This document shows positions 1 to 13,092 of a DNA stretch of 64,000 nucleotides, piece after piece. The DNA is from Octopus vulgaris. Lineage: Eukaryota. The stretch is from assembly GCA_951406725.2 (NCBI GenBank), contig OX597822.1, positions 30,752,001 through 30,816,000 on the forward strand, written 5' to 3'. The first letter of the stretch is position 1; every line of letters begins with the position of its first letter. The position numbers were made by a program, and so were the translations under genes. Under the pieces are notes generated by a model. That model made no database searches. It was not told the origin of the DNA and saw only the letters and a program-made list of their open reading frames with translations.

Positions 1-28
1 TATCCCATCTTCCGTCTTTCATTTGCCA

Positions 29-59
<31 letters not shown>

Positions 60-70
60 ACACAAACACA

Positions 71-162
<92 letters not shown>
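29..162. repeat. Compound microsatellite (TATC)n-(CA)n-(TA)n, representative of dozens in the window
   Basis: Directly visible; produces the spurious YIYI/THTH ORFs. Confidence 0.95.
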
Positions 163-166
<4 letters not shown>

Positions 167-174
167 CATGTATA

Positions 175-1385
175 TATTGGTACAGGACATCACCAAGGGT
201 GCAAATAACATGAAATAGGTAAACAACGAGAAAAAATGGAAAACAGGACAAGTAAACACAAAGAAAGGACCCTTCAGCAGTTGTTGGCTGTCAATCTACT
301 CCTCATTTCGAGCATTCAACGATAATATGAGTCGTGAAAGACAGTTGCGCCCTGGAATAATAATATATAATATTCATTATTTATTATTTAATTGAACGCC
401 ACGTATTCATTCCCAAGTAATTATATATATATATATATATATATGAGAGCTAGTGGCGCTTACAGTTATCAAGTATTCACCCTGAATTTTCTGTACCTAT
501 ATATATATAAAGGAATACCAAAAATGGGACAAAACGCAAAACATCCAGACAGTTAGATGAGACAAAAAGGGACAACAAAACATCCAGATAGACGATAAAG
601 TAAAACAAGGACGGGTCGTTCGTAGTTTTTTTCTTCAGTCGAGCTTCAGATTATCTTTGCAATTTCGGCTTGTTATACTCGAGATTGCCAAATCTGGCCA
701 GCTCCAAGGAAGCACCAGATTCCTTGGAAGAAAGCAGCGAGTGTATACGAAAACAAGGACGGAGAAATGGAGAAATGGTACACAAATATAAATGGAAATA
801 AGAAACATTAACAAAAGTCTTTCGACTAAGGACGAATTAAATTAAATTGGCGTGTGTGGAAGTAAAGCCTTACAGTGGGGACATAAGAGATGACAGGCAT
901 ATGGAGGAATATAGATGTTGCACTGATGGTAGTTGAACCCAGAAAGAAAGGTCAGTCTTTCCCGAACACCGGTCATGTGGAGAGATAAGGGAGAGAGAGA
1001 GGTAGGGGTAGAGGGATAGAAGAATTAGGGAGGGAAGAAAAGAAAGAAAAGAGAGAGAGTGAACTGAAACAGGAGGGCAGGTGAGAAGATGAGAATGAAG
1101 AGAAAACCAGGAAATGTGGGAGAGGGGGGGACGAAAGAAAGAAGAGTGAAAAGAACGACGAAGTAAGTGTGAAGGGGTTGATAGAAAGAATGAACGAATG
1201 AAAGAATATTAGAGTCGTACAACATTTAGATATATATATATATATGTACTTACATAGAAGAAACCGAAATGTACGTACGCAGCTATATTTATATAAAAAG
1301 GAATACCAAAAATGGGACAAGAAGTGTTTGATGATACAAGAAACGGACAACAACACATCCAGACGATACAAAAAAAAGGGTGGGA
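175..1385 (-). mobile_element. Cluster of TA-flanked retroelement 3'-end fragments, probably Penelope-like
   Basis: 510-600 is repeated at 1297-1380 (aaggaataccaaaaatgggacaa...catccagac); organisation resembles 55200-55830; no protein evidence. Confidence 0.35.
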
Positions 1386-2299
1386 CACACATACATATAT
1401 ATTTAGAAATAATATGGGTAGCTTATTAGCAATTTAACAACCTAAAGGCAAATTAATTATCGCCACCAAACTGACAGAGGGTACAAAGTAGTACCAGCAT
1501 TCAGCATTGGTCGAAATAAGAGCCAAAACAACTTAATTATCACAGAAGTACTATCTTAATGACTAACAGGGGAGACAACCTCCCTAGCCGACAGAGCCAA
1601 ATCACCAGTGATTTAGAATTTTGTTATGTATATATAAGTATCTAGATATATGTATACATACATACATGCATACTTATATACATTAGCAGAAAGACCACCC
1701 TCTAGGCGGTTTTCTGCTAGTAACTCGATAATATTTCCACATTTCATTCCCAATTTTAATAATTTTTATGATAATTTACGTCTAATTATTTCTTTGTATA
1801 ATAGTGCTCACTTGCTTCGTAAATATTGCTTTCACTATTTAATCCCAGTTATAATCTCTCTTTTTAAAGAGTCAATCTGTTATATATATTTATCATTAAT
1901 AAATGGTAGAACTTGCATTGATAATTGGTATAACTTACATAGGTGTACAGACGTGTGCATAGCTAGATAGATGAATAGATAGATATATAAATGGATGGAT
2001 AGAAGGATGGAGGGATATGCACACACACATACACACAAAAAATATCTGTGCTGTGATAATACATGGATATGGCATTTCCTTTCTTTTTCAAATTATACCC
2101 AAATTTAAAATGATCTAATATATCAATATCATTCATTCGAGATGTATTGAAATATACCAAAACAATTTAATTCCACGCATACATCTGTTACTTTACATAC
2201 AATTTATGTGTTAATTATATTTGCTAAAACTTCCTAAAAAGCATATTTTACTTTAAAGTAGTATCTCCTTGTAGGCACAATAGTCAGTTATCATAATAA

Positions 2300-2558
2300 A
2301 ATAATAAATGCGCCCTTTTCAAGCCTAGCCAGGCTCATGGGCCCGGTTTCCCGATTTCTATGGCGTATGTGTTCCCCCCAGCTGGACGGAACGTCAGTCC
2401 ATCGCAGCGTTACTCATTTTTGCCAGCTGAGTGAACTGGCGTAACGTGAAATGAAGTTTTTTGCTCAAGAACACAATACGTCGCCCGGTCCAGGAATCGA
2501 AACCACAATCTTACGATCATGATGCTAACACCCTAACCACTAAGCCACGCGCCTCCAC
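2300..2558 (-). mobile_element. tRNA-derived SINE, family A
   Basis: A box TGGCTTAGTGG, B box GGTTTCGATTCC, CORE-like block; near-identical to 6877-7101. Confidence 0.85.
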
Positions 2559-2574
2559 ATCACTAACCATACTG

Positions 2575-3400
2575 TTTCCATTTCTCTCATCCAATATTTT
2601 GAAATTAGCCTTCTTTCGAAGTCTCTAGATAATGCAACGTACAGCTGACGATGTGAGAAGAATTATATCGGAAGATATATTCAAATTTGTTCTAAAGTCT
2701 GTCCCCGTGCCTTGTTGCACGTCAAGCAAAAGCTGGGTTGATAGGAAATAGTTTGCGTGTAAATGCGATTAGAAATTCCATTTCTTGAGATACATGTGGT
2801 ATTCTTGGGATTAACAGAGTTGATCTAGCATAAGGGACAGAAGCAACCTCAACCTAATTAACATTATCATTTAAACGAACAATGATTTAGTGCATGCCAT
2901 TGCAATTTCCATTAGCAACATCTAAATTTCTCAGAGGCTTTAAGCATAATTTTGTTCTTTAATTTGAGTATGCGTGATGGAAACCCTGATTGAGCACAGA
3001 GTTTCATTATCAACTGTATCTGGGCTTCTGTGTATTTTAAGCTCACCAGGGATTTTGGGCAATAGAAAATCATTCACTAATTGTGCTGCTTCATTTGTTG
3101 GAGTAACAATGGTTCTATTTGCAAGCCACACAGAGTTTGTGAAGTTATTTTTGAGGTCAGCATATACAAAATCACATAGATTTGAAAGAGTTCCACTTTC
3201 AATGCAAAGGTCATCGGGTAGTTTGATTTTGAATTCATCTAGGCTTTGTTCTACAGAAATGTTACCATTTCCTACACCAAGAAGGTAAGTAGCAAACTCT
3301 CTTTCATAAGAATGACCTTCTGTAAGAAGTCTTAGTTTGGTTGTCAACTCTACTACTTCCATATGATCGCAAAAGATCTCTAGTGTTGCATCGACATTTT
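2575..3400 (-). pseudogene. Helitron Rep/Hel PIF1-like helicase C-terminal fragment, frameshifted
   Basis: ORF 2940-3362 (FATYLLGVGNG...IVTPTNEAAQLVND); downstream frames give IPRIP, FPINPAFA and FFSHRQLYVALSR (cf. FSHGQLYVALSR). Confidence 0.9.
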
Positions 3401-3683
3401 CTCGGAAACAGAATCATGTCTATGTCCTCGTGCATATTCAGACATCTGTTTCAGTTGATTTGCCCTAGTTTCCTCTGATTCAGTTGCCCGTCTTTCTCTC
3501 CGCCGTTGTGCTTTGCTGCTAAGATTTCTTTTTCTGTCGCATAATATATACAAACGAATGCTCGTTAAAAACTATCTTGTTTAGCGTGCTTGAAATAGCA
3601 GCGGTCACATAGTCATTAATGTAAGGCTTATAGCGTTCCAAGTAGCGATGCCAACAAGATAACTTCTTCATTGAAAAAGAAAT

Positions 3684-3945
3684 TATACCTGTATATTTAA
3701 GATTTTTAATTTTATTAAAAATATTCATTTAACAAGCTCCGGAAGCTGATAATATTCTTGAAATTGTGCTTCGTATCAAAGTTATACAGTTATTTTTTGT
3801 AATAGCATGCATTCATTCAACATAAAATCACTTAAAAATTATACCGGTATATTAAAAAATTTTCATTTTATCAAAAATATTCATTTAGCAGACTTCAGAA
3901 ACTGATAATATTCTTAAAATTGTGTCTCGTATCAAAGTCATATAG
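3684..3945. repeat. Diverged direct duplication, ~155 bp period, inside the Helitron
   Basis: ttatacc.gtatatt...ctgataatattctt.aaattgtg..tcgtatcaaagt occurs twice. Confidence 0.8.
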
Positions 3946-4064
3946 CTACTATTTAATTATCATTATTAATGGAAATAGAGAATGAGAGACTGTTGCAAAT
4001 AAAAATGTAAAATTTTTCCTGCAGCGAATTAATAGTGTTTACTATTAAACATTAAAATCTAATC

Positions 4065-4232
4065 CGCATTGAATGCAATGAATATTTAAATTTATGAAGG
4101 ATTGGACGCAGTGAATGCAATGAATATTTAAATTTATGGAGAATTGGATGCAGTGAATGCCATGAATATTTAAATTTATGGAGAAAAAGACGCAGTGAAT
4201 GGCATGAATATTTAAATTTGAGAGAATTTGGA
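4065..4232. repeat. ~42-bp minisatellite, 4 units
   Basis: gcagtgaatgcaatgaatatttaaatttatggagaattgga repeated. Confidence 0.9.
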
Positions 4233-4483
4233 GTAAGAAAAATTCAATAAACTTCAGAAATCGAAATTATAGGCAATCTCTTAGAACATGAATGTATAAA
4301 AATAATTCCTAGCTTTTAATATTGCTTTCTGTTAGTACGTTTAGTAATTGTTACGTACCTAATTAATAAGCAGCTTTCTCTATTATAGTATCTAGACATG
4401 TGTATGTGTGTGTATGTATGCATATATATATATATATATACATATATATACATATATATATATATACACATATATATATATAT

Positions 4484-4541
<58 letters not shown>

Positions 4542-4606
4542 GTATGTATATATATATGTATGTATATATATATATATATGTATGTATGTATGTATATATA
4601 TGTATG

Positions 4607-4684
<78 letters not shown>

Positions 4685-4900
4685 AAGGTTTGGAGATGAT
4701 GTACAGGTATTTTATATTAGAAGAAATGACGTAGTCAGTTCGATTTGAAAACCCCATTAGAATGGGAGAAAGTGCTAATATATGATCTAAGTTATATGAT
4801 GTATAAAAACATGTAATATACAAATAAATATCTGTATATATAAAACCATCGGAATTTCTGAGTACCTCATTTCTTGTAATATATATATACATACATACAT

Positions 4901-4933
<33 letters not shown>

Positions 4934-4974
4934 TATATATATATATTTACATACATACATACATATATACATGT

Positions 4975-5014
<40 letters not shown>

Positions 5015-5184
5015 GTATATATATATATATATGTCTGTGTGTATATATATAGAGATACAAAATATCTGTGTACATGTAAATTCAGTATGAGTACAAACTT
5101 TGTAATTTGCTTTAAAAAGCCTTGTTCAGAGATATCTGCTAACAAATGCTATCATACAATGAGATCGATATATCACTGCATATA

Positions 5185-5248
5185 CATCTGCAATTCTCTG
5201 ATATCTGTAGAGTTCCATCTGCAATTCTCTGATATCTGTAGAGTTCAT
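5185..5248. repeat. 31-bp tandem duplication
   Basis: catctgcaattctctgatatctgtagagttc x2. Confidence 0.9.
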
Positions 5249-5957
5249 TTTCAAAATATGAATAATACAAAAACTGATTGAATTCCGCTCTTTATTGCAT
5301 GTTGCAGCGTAGTTTTGCCAGTAGAAACATTGATGAAGAATGATATGAAACACAAATTATCAGCACATCATTTTCCGTTGAAACAAATGTAGAGCTATGC
5401 AATAAAGTGTATTGCTCAATTCAGTTTCCATTATATGCTTGAGTGTGTATACGTGTGTGTATGTGTGTGTGCGTGTACGTGCGTGCATGCGTATTAAATG
5501 TTCCCAGTTATCAATTTGTTAGCCTTGTATTAAAATCCACTGCAAATGCTTTCAGCCTTAAGTTATTTCATTTTGACGCAGCTAGACAGATAATATCCTA
5601 TTGCAATACTAAATTATGTAGTTCCACATTCCATCAAGGGAGAGTCTTAAATCTCGTCAATTACTAGTCATTACATCTCTGTTTCATATAAGCCCCTATT
5701 AATTATTTGAATCCTCGGATTAATTGCACTCAAGGCTCATAAATATTTAGTTAAAACATATTAGTATATTGTCTGAGCTGTAATCAGCTTCAACCTATTT
5801 CACCTCAACTAATTATCTTGTAACATATCTTCTGAGAATGTCAATTGTAAAATATCGGTGTATTATGCACGATATAAGGTATCGTTCTTGAAAATGGATG
5901 CAAGCATCAACCATATGTTTGTTTCAGATATCGGCACTGAACTGTTGAAGAGTTTAA

Positions 5958-6390
5958 GGATCTTTTCGGTTTGAACGGCAGTTTTTTCTAGCGGTGTCAT
6001 ATGGAATAGTCACCCATAATTATGACCCTAGAATCGATCTTTGCATTTCAATCTGTTTTAGGGTTAGTGTTAGTTAGGGTTAGAGTTTGGGGTGGGTGGA
6101 AGGGTATCTTTTTTCTTCACAAATGTAAATAAACCCAATCTGATTCTTAAACGAGGGACATATTCATACGGCACAGAATGTTGTTTTTACCTCAATAGAC
6201 GTCAGTGATTGGTTGAAATTGCAGAAATTGAAGAGAAAAAGCAACAAATATCTTACAAACTATAGAATTTTCTCAATAAAGCCAAGAGAAAAATATGTTT
6301 TATAAACACATTCTACCAATATACGAAGTTTAAAATTTCATAGTTACCTAAAAATTATGTTAAAAACTGCCGTTCAAACCGAAAAGATTC
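5958..6390. mobile_element. MITE with ~29-bp TIRs and 8-bp TSD (Merlin-like)
   Basis: GGATCTTTTCGGTTTGAACGGCAGTTTTT / AAAAACTGCCGTTCAAACCGAAAAGATTC; TSD GAGTTTAA on both sides. Confidence 0.85.
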
Positions 6391-6876
6391 GAGTTTAATA
6401 CTCTGATACCTATCTGTCACCAACGTAATGATCTGCTATTAATGGGCCAATAATTTCGTTTGATGAATATCTATGAGCGGAACAAACATCATATGACGAA
6501 TATCATATAACCGGAAAATGTGAGAGTTAACGTTAGCAGCTCGCATTCCGAAGCAGATAACAGGAATTAGGTGTTGAGGTTCTAACTTTGTCACTCATAT
6601 CCGGCAAAAACTCTTTCAAACATTGCCATTACATCCTGCATTTCTCAATCAACATATTACATTCCACTCACCAAATATAGTAAATTCTTTAACCCAATCC
6701 TACATAAATTTCACGGCTTTCCAAAATATGCAGCAGAAAAATAAATTGGCAGCTTATCTAGAAATTAATATTGATACTAACCACATAGAACCTAAAAAAA
6801 AATATCTTTAAGCTTATTTAACAGACGTATCTTTCATTAAATATTCATCTCTGTTGAATTCAAATTATAAAAAAAA

Positions 6877-7101
6877 ATAATAAATGCGCCCTTTTAAAGC
6901 CTAGCCAGGCTCATATGGCGTACGTGTTCCCCAGCTGGACGGGACGTCAGTCCATGGTAGCGTTACTCATTTTTGCCAGCTGAGTGGACTGGAGCAACGT
7001 GAAATGAAATGTTTTGCAACGCGCCGCCCGGTCCAGGAATCGAAACCACAATCTTACGCTCATGATGCTGACATCGTAACCACTAAGCCACGCGCCTCCA
7101 C
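6877..7101 (-). mobile_element. SINE family A
   Basis: Matches 2300-2558 with small deletions. Confidence 0.85.
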
Positions 7102-7334
7102 TTGAATTCAAATTAAGTTGATTATAAGAAAACTGTTATGATAGTCTTAAGAAAATAAATAAATCATGTAATTTTCTCAATATTTTTCCTGGTAATAAAT
7201 TCGACTTTTGCATGTAATGAATTTATATTTAGATTTTACTTGGCACATTCGGATATTTGTTTAGCTTAGTTTCAGCCAATGAAATTGAGCTTAATAACCT
7301 ATAAGTGGATCAAGAAAATATTGATTTCTATATC

Positions 7335-7728
7335 AGGCGTGACTGTGTGGTAAGAAGCTTGCCTCCCAACCACATGGTTCCGAGTTCAGTCCCACTGCAG
7401 GGCACCTTGGGCAAGTGTCTTCTATAGCATCGGGCCAACCAAAGCCTTGTGAGTGGATTTGGTAGACGCAAACTGAAAGAAGCCAGTCGTATATGTATAT
7501 AGTTGTTTGTGTATCTGTCTGCGTTTGTCCCCCCGCCATCACTTGACAACCGATGTTGGTGTGTTTACATCCCCGTCACTTAGCAGCTCGGCAAAAGAGA
7601 ACCAATAGAATAAGTATCAGACTTACAGAGAATAAGTCCTGGAGTCGATTTCTTCGACTAAAAGGTGGTGCTCCAGTGTGGCCGCATTAAAACGACTGAA
7701 ACAAATTAAGGAGTTAAAGAGTTAAAGA
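7335..7728 (+). mobile_element. tRNA-derived CORE-type SINE, family B (resembles octopus OR-type SINEs)
   Basis: Head ggctgtgtggtaag...gttcagtccc, CCTTGGGCAAGTGTCTT core, internal microsatellite, tail gactgaaacaagtaaaagag; more than 10 copies in the window. Confidence 0.85.
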
Positions 7729-8024
7729 CTATCAGAGTAATACCAATCATTACTTCCACCATTCCTTGCCTGATATTCATCTTATTAACTACACGAAAAG
7801 AAAAACAAAGAGAACATGATAGTATCACTTAAAGCATTTACTATTGATTAGTTCAAGAAAATAATGCATCCAATATACACTTGATTATATTCATCTAAGA
7901 AAACATCTACCAAATCTATACTCAATCAAGAAGGCCAGCAACATAAAAATACACATACCAAAAATAGATTGTTCTTGATGATTATAATCTCCAAGAAATG
8001 TTAACGAGAAATATACTACACACG

Positions 8025-9331
8025 CAGTGTGTTATTGTAGAAATGTTTCCAGAGCGGAACTTAGTTAACCGCACTCTAACTAGACGTGACCATTTCATCT
8101 TTTAGAAGTATTTAGTGACTACTTAGTTTAATGCTTCCTTCTTATTATTTATGACCCAAGGATATTATTTGAGAGAGATCGTTTTTGCTATTTATGGCAA
8201 GCCAATCAACTCTCTCAAGACTCTCTCGTTTCCCCGTCACAGACATATTGTGTTTATAGTATATGTAACATAATTATATTTGGATGATTCGATAAATATA
8301 TGTACCATAACACAGATGGCTCCTCAACGTCAATATAAGCCAATAAAGAAGCATGTGAATAGTTACTGCTAGAAATAACAGCTACATCTCCCTCAAATTC
8401 TGCCTCAATGCCTAATAAACAATGTAATCGACTAGACCCATTCCTCACCAAAATTTAAGCTCTTGTGGCTGCATTAGAAAGAAATATCGCAGCCATATTG
8501 AACCATGCCTTTTTCTAAACAACATTTTATATAGAAACAAAAATCAGAAATTTTTTTCTATAAACGATGTGTTTTTTCAGTGAAGTCTAAAATGGCTGTA
8601 GTGTGATGGAGGAAAAAGACAACAGAAAAAGAAGCAAACGGGAGAAAGAAATAGAGAACTTGCCTGTTGACCTAGGCGGGATGAGCGATCACTGTCAAGA
8701 AATAAACACGTCCTTGCACGCTTCCGTCTCTCCTCGAACATTGTATAATGTCTAAAAAACACAAAACGGGATGATGACCGTTGGAACTCCTTTGATTATG
8801 CATTTTCAGGATGAATGATTCACATAGCGAATTGGCAATAACCTGATTGGAGTTTTAGTCTGAAAAATATACAGAAGAGGGAAACGAGTTGAAAAAACGT
8901 TCTATAAATAGAAATACATAAATACAGGCTTGGGATTTTTGATAGAAAAAAAATCATTAAAAATATAAATCAATGTTGCTAATTTGAAATCAGGTAGCGT
9001 AACTATATTTTTTATATCCTGGAAAATTCAGGTAAATGATAAATAAAATTTTAACAATGTATAAGTGAAAGAATTTCACCTATTTGAAGTTCTGAAGCTA
9101 TAAACACAATATCTCTGTGACGGGGAAGCGGGGAGTCGTGAGAGAGTTGATTGGCTTGCCATGAATAGCAAAAACGATCTCTCTCAAACCATATCCTTGG
9201 GTCATATGTAATGGGAAAGAAGCATTAAACTAAGTAGTCACTAAATACTTCTAAAAGATGAAATGGTCACGTCTAGCTGGAGTGCGGTTAACTAAGTTCT
9301 GCTCTGGTAACAGTTCTACAATAACACACTG
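8025..9331. mobile_element. Non-autonomous DNA transposon with ~235-bp terminal inverted repeats
   Basis: 8025-8259 is the reverse complement of 9098-9331 with scattered mismatches; ends CAGTGTG...CACACTG. Confidence 0.85.
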
Positions 9332-10029
9332 TGTAGCATATAAGATTTGAAAAGATTATATCCATTAAGATGGCTTGCCCGACAGTAAATTTCACAGAGA
9401 TGCAGCCGTTAATGATAATGTCAAAGTCAGGTTAAAATATGGATTATACAGAGAGAAAGTTCTCGCATTTTATGTACTGAACAAAGAGTTGTTGACAAAG
9501 AAGAGGAAATAGTTTAGCTTCAATCTCAGTATGTTGACAATAATATATTTCCAGCACAATATTCCCTACATGCTGGTTGAACATTTTGAATTAGTTTTGA
9601 ATCATCATCTTAGTTATATGACGATACTGAAAACTTTAAATATGCGCATGAAATGTGATGTCGTTGTGGGAGAGTGTTACTATCTCAGTCTAGAGATGCT
9701 GGTCTTCAGCAAGGCTTGTAAATTCAAAGAAATAACTCTAACCAGCGCATTGTAAAAAGGACGGTTGGCATAATTCGGTGGGAGGTTATCGCTTTAGAAG
9801 AGATACTCGCCAAAGTTAGTTGGAATATGAAATTCTTTCGCGCAAGCAAAAGATAAATTTGGTTTAACAATCAAAGTACAATATATTGAATCGAAACCAA
9901 TATGTAACTGGTATTACGCTATCAAACGCAGGCAAGTAAACACAAGAAAGAAGTTGATAAGGGCAGTGTTTCAACAAGGAACTAAGAGGAGTTAATTTGA
10001 ATAATGGATTTTCATTTAGATACAATGTA

Positions 10030-10320
10030 AGTAATTTTGAAGAGAGGGGACTACTCAATTATATTGGCCCCAGTGATTCTCTGGTACTTTATTTTATCAC
10101 CCTGGAGGGATGGAAGACAAGGTTGGTATCGGCAACACTTGAACTCGGAACATATACTGCCAGAACGAATAACGCAAAACACATTTTCTGATATTCATAT
10201 CTATTCCTTTACTACCCACAAAGACAGACACACGGATTAAGTCGATTATATCGACCCCAGTGCGTACTTATTTAATCGACCCCGAAAGATGAAGGTCAAA
10301 GTCGACCTCGGTGGAATTTT
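10030..10320 (-). mobile_element. SINE family C, two partial copies
   Basis: tcgaccccgaaagat...aaagtcgacctcgg block shared with the 26218-27070 cluster. Confidence 0.75.
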
Positions 10321-11352
10321 CTGATATTCATACCATTATGCAGAGGCGTTGCCTTGGTTAATTTCAATGGATAATGGATTTTTGTTTGGCAGCCTATTGT
10401 CTCAGCTACTTTAAATGATATACAAAATTATTATAAAACTATTGAATGTTAGCTTTTATTTTGAGGACACAGCGTAAAGTAAATTTCGAATACTTCTAGG
10501 TTATTTGTTGCAATTATAACTACGGCTAAAAGATGAATGTTTATTTTTTTCTATTTCACGACGGTAATAGATAGGAACAGTGCCAAGCAGCTGCTGTGGT
10601 TGACGCATCACTTGTATTATTATGAAACGGTTTCGTCACTCAGCTCGTATCTCGGTCATGCCTACTCGGTATTATATCTGTGACTGTCGAACTTACCCAA
10701 ACCCGAAAACGCCTGCCGTTTGTAATGCCAGGCCAGAGATATATGACAATTGTTCATACTCCTTGAATCGAAATCGAACCTGCCTAGCAAGTTCCTTCAT
10801 ACTGACGCCCACAGCTTACGGATAATCATTATTCTCCTCTACAACTATTTCTCTAAAGAAAGTTATTTCTACTTTAGTTTATTCTGATATTCTGGCTTAA
10901 TTTTGTATTTTGGCACTTAGATAATTTTTCTTCGGTTATATCGTCCTAACCTAAATATTCATTTTTACTATAGTTGTAATTTAGATGGTAGGTTTTAGTT
11001 TCTTTACTAACAGAGTAAATCATTGACATATGGTGGTTCTTGTATTGGGTGCGCTGCCATACCCAATACCACCAAATTTCAAGGAAGGATATAACAAAAG
11101 TTTTCCATTAAGATTTGTGATTAAATTAACGAGTATAGTTAATATTTATAATGAATTTGTCTTTTTCGATTAGTGTGTATCGTCCCTGGAGTAAATCCTT
11201 TTCTTTTATTATTATTTATTTATTTTATTTTATTTTATTTTATCTAGTTTCAGCTCACGAGCTGTGGCAATGCTGGGGCACCGCCATTCGGTGTTGCTAC
11301 ATGATTTTACTTCACGTATGCTTTTTAGCAATTGCCATTTGGTGCATGAGTG

Positions 11353-11502
11353 AGTTCGATGCAGCTGCCCTCAAAGTGAAGTCAAAACTAAAAATATGAT
11401 ACGATGTACAGATACAATGGTTGTCTTAGTTCGATGCAGCTGCCCTCAAAGTGAAGTCAAAACTAAAAATATGATACGATGTACAGATACAATGGTTGTC
11501 TT
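11353..11502. repeat. Perfect 75-bp tandem duplication
   Basis: 11353-11427 equals 11428-11502; AGTT microhomology at the junctions. Confidence 0.95.
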
Positions 11503-11779
11503 AGTTTTAAACTGAAGCATCTTCATAATAAATAGGAATTTATGTGAATTAATGAGCTTAGACCGAAAATCCTGGGAGGAAATTACAGCATTACGAACTA
11601 CACACGAATACCAGTTCATATTAAAAGTTTATTTCTATCCTGCACACAGGAACGTCGGGACGTGATACAACTGAAAAAAATACTGCACAGTGAAAACGGT
11701 AACAGTTGAAAAATATTTAGATACAAACAAAGGAAAGATATTACATGTAGGAATGAAAAGCGAACAAAAAACAAACAAA

Positions 11780-11950
11780 ACTGCATAGTGCCAAGGACAT
11801 CAAGATGTAGGACAAGATACTGTGATAGCCTGGGCTTCAGAGGTCCACAGCTCTTCAATATCCTCCCGAAGGACCTGAGAGACCTGCATGGGGTGGATGG
11901 TGATATCTTTAAAATAAAACTGGATCTCTTCCTGTCAGGTGTCCCACCTG
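11780..11950 (+). pseudogene. CR1-group LINE ORF2 C-terminal fragment
   Basis: RGPQLFNILPKDLRDL...FKIKLDLFLSGVP; homologous to 30780-30950. Confidence 0.75.
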
Positions 11951-12002
11951 CCGTGAAGTTGCTTCTGAGTGTATTTGGTAAAAGGTGACTAAAAGAATCC
12001 CG

Positions 12003-12063
<61 letters not shown>

Positions 12064-12179
12064 ATACATACATATATATACATGCATAGATATATATATG
12101 TATATATACATACACTGCTTTATTTTGAGATTGCTAGTGTTAACAATACTTGCAAAAAATACATACATACATACATACA

Positions 12180-13092
12180 TGGATTTTGCAGTGGAAATGA
12201 TCAGTGAGAGTGAAGTGGAGTTGCACAGTGTCAACACAGAGGAACTGGGCCTCATACTTTGACTGAAATATGACAATGAATATCTAAACAAATATGACCT
12301 CAGAAGTTTCTGTCCCAGTAGACGTTTAAGAGGTAGACCCCCTACAATCACAACCACAGCTAGGAAGACCCCTATAGAGAGATGGAGCGGAGGATGGATC
12401 AGAGCCATGCGGACCCCGAAAACCAAAGAAAATGATCGCATATGCAGTAGGAGCTAGTATAAGAGTTACCCTAAAGAGCCACATGTTTATCAACAAAATT
12501 TACGCCCAGGCCGGTGATGTGGCCAAGGAGGCTTAAAGAATGCCTAGCACAGAACTCCATACTTTTGAACATATACTATAGCTACGTCGATGATATCAAC
12601 TTAGTGGTAAAGGTACCCCAACAAGCGAGTACCCTTGAAATAGAAATAGAAACTAATACTATTGAGAGCAACCATCAAATAGCTAACTCCATCCACCAGA
12701 GTATTAAGGACATGATAGACTACCGTAAGAAACATCTTAACCATAGATAACAAGTACTAGATATAGAACTCTGGCTGGAAACAGTGAATAATAAAACCCA
12801 AATCCTCCATTCACACTATGCTAAACCCATGGCTTCCAAATACCTGATCCACTGGAACTCAGCTATCGCGGACAATGCCAAATTCAATATACTGATGGCA
12901 GGCTTCATCAGAGTAATTAGAAATGTGTCCGGCATTTGCGACCCTACAGAGTTAAAGAGACACATACAACACTTCGTATACCGCATACATTTCTCAGGAT
13001 GCAGCCAAAGAGAAAGGATCAGAATATAAAGGAGCTATGAGGAAATTTAAAACTATCATACGTAACGATAGGAATGGGATTTGCTCACTCTA
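12180..13092 (+). pseudogene. Penelope-like element reverse transcriptase fragment
   Basis: YSYVDDINLVV, VLDIELW and HYAKPMASKYLIHWNSA (PLE thumb-like motif) across stops and frameshifts. Confidence 0.75.

Larger units (their letters stand above)
1683..4393 (-). mobile_element. Internally deleted Helitron (with a SINE insertion)
   Basis: Minus 5' end TCTAGATACTATAAT near 4393; PIF1 helicase remnant; internal minisatellites; candidate 3' hairpin plus CTAA at ~1683-1720. Left boundary uncertain. Confidence 0.55.

Noticed and set aside
265-312. GAAA followed ~25-30 nt later by C(T/A)G(A/C)NGA (also near 630-670 -, 43875-43915 -, 55638-55682 +), resembling a permuted type II hammerhead
   Set aside because: Recurrent, but stem I cannot be paired in any copy; worth revisiting only with a consensus
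4065-4232. Regularly spaced repeats superficially like CRISPR
   Set aside because: Contiguous units without unique spacers, eukaryotic context, no cas genes
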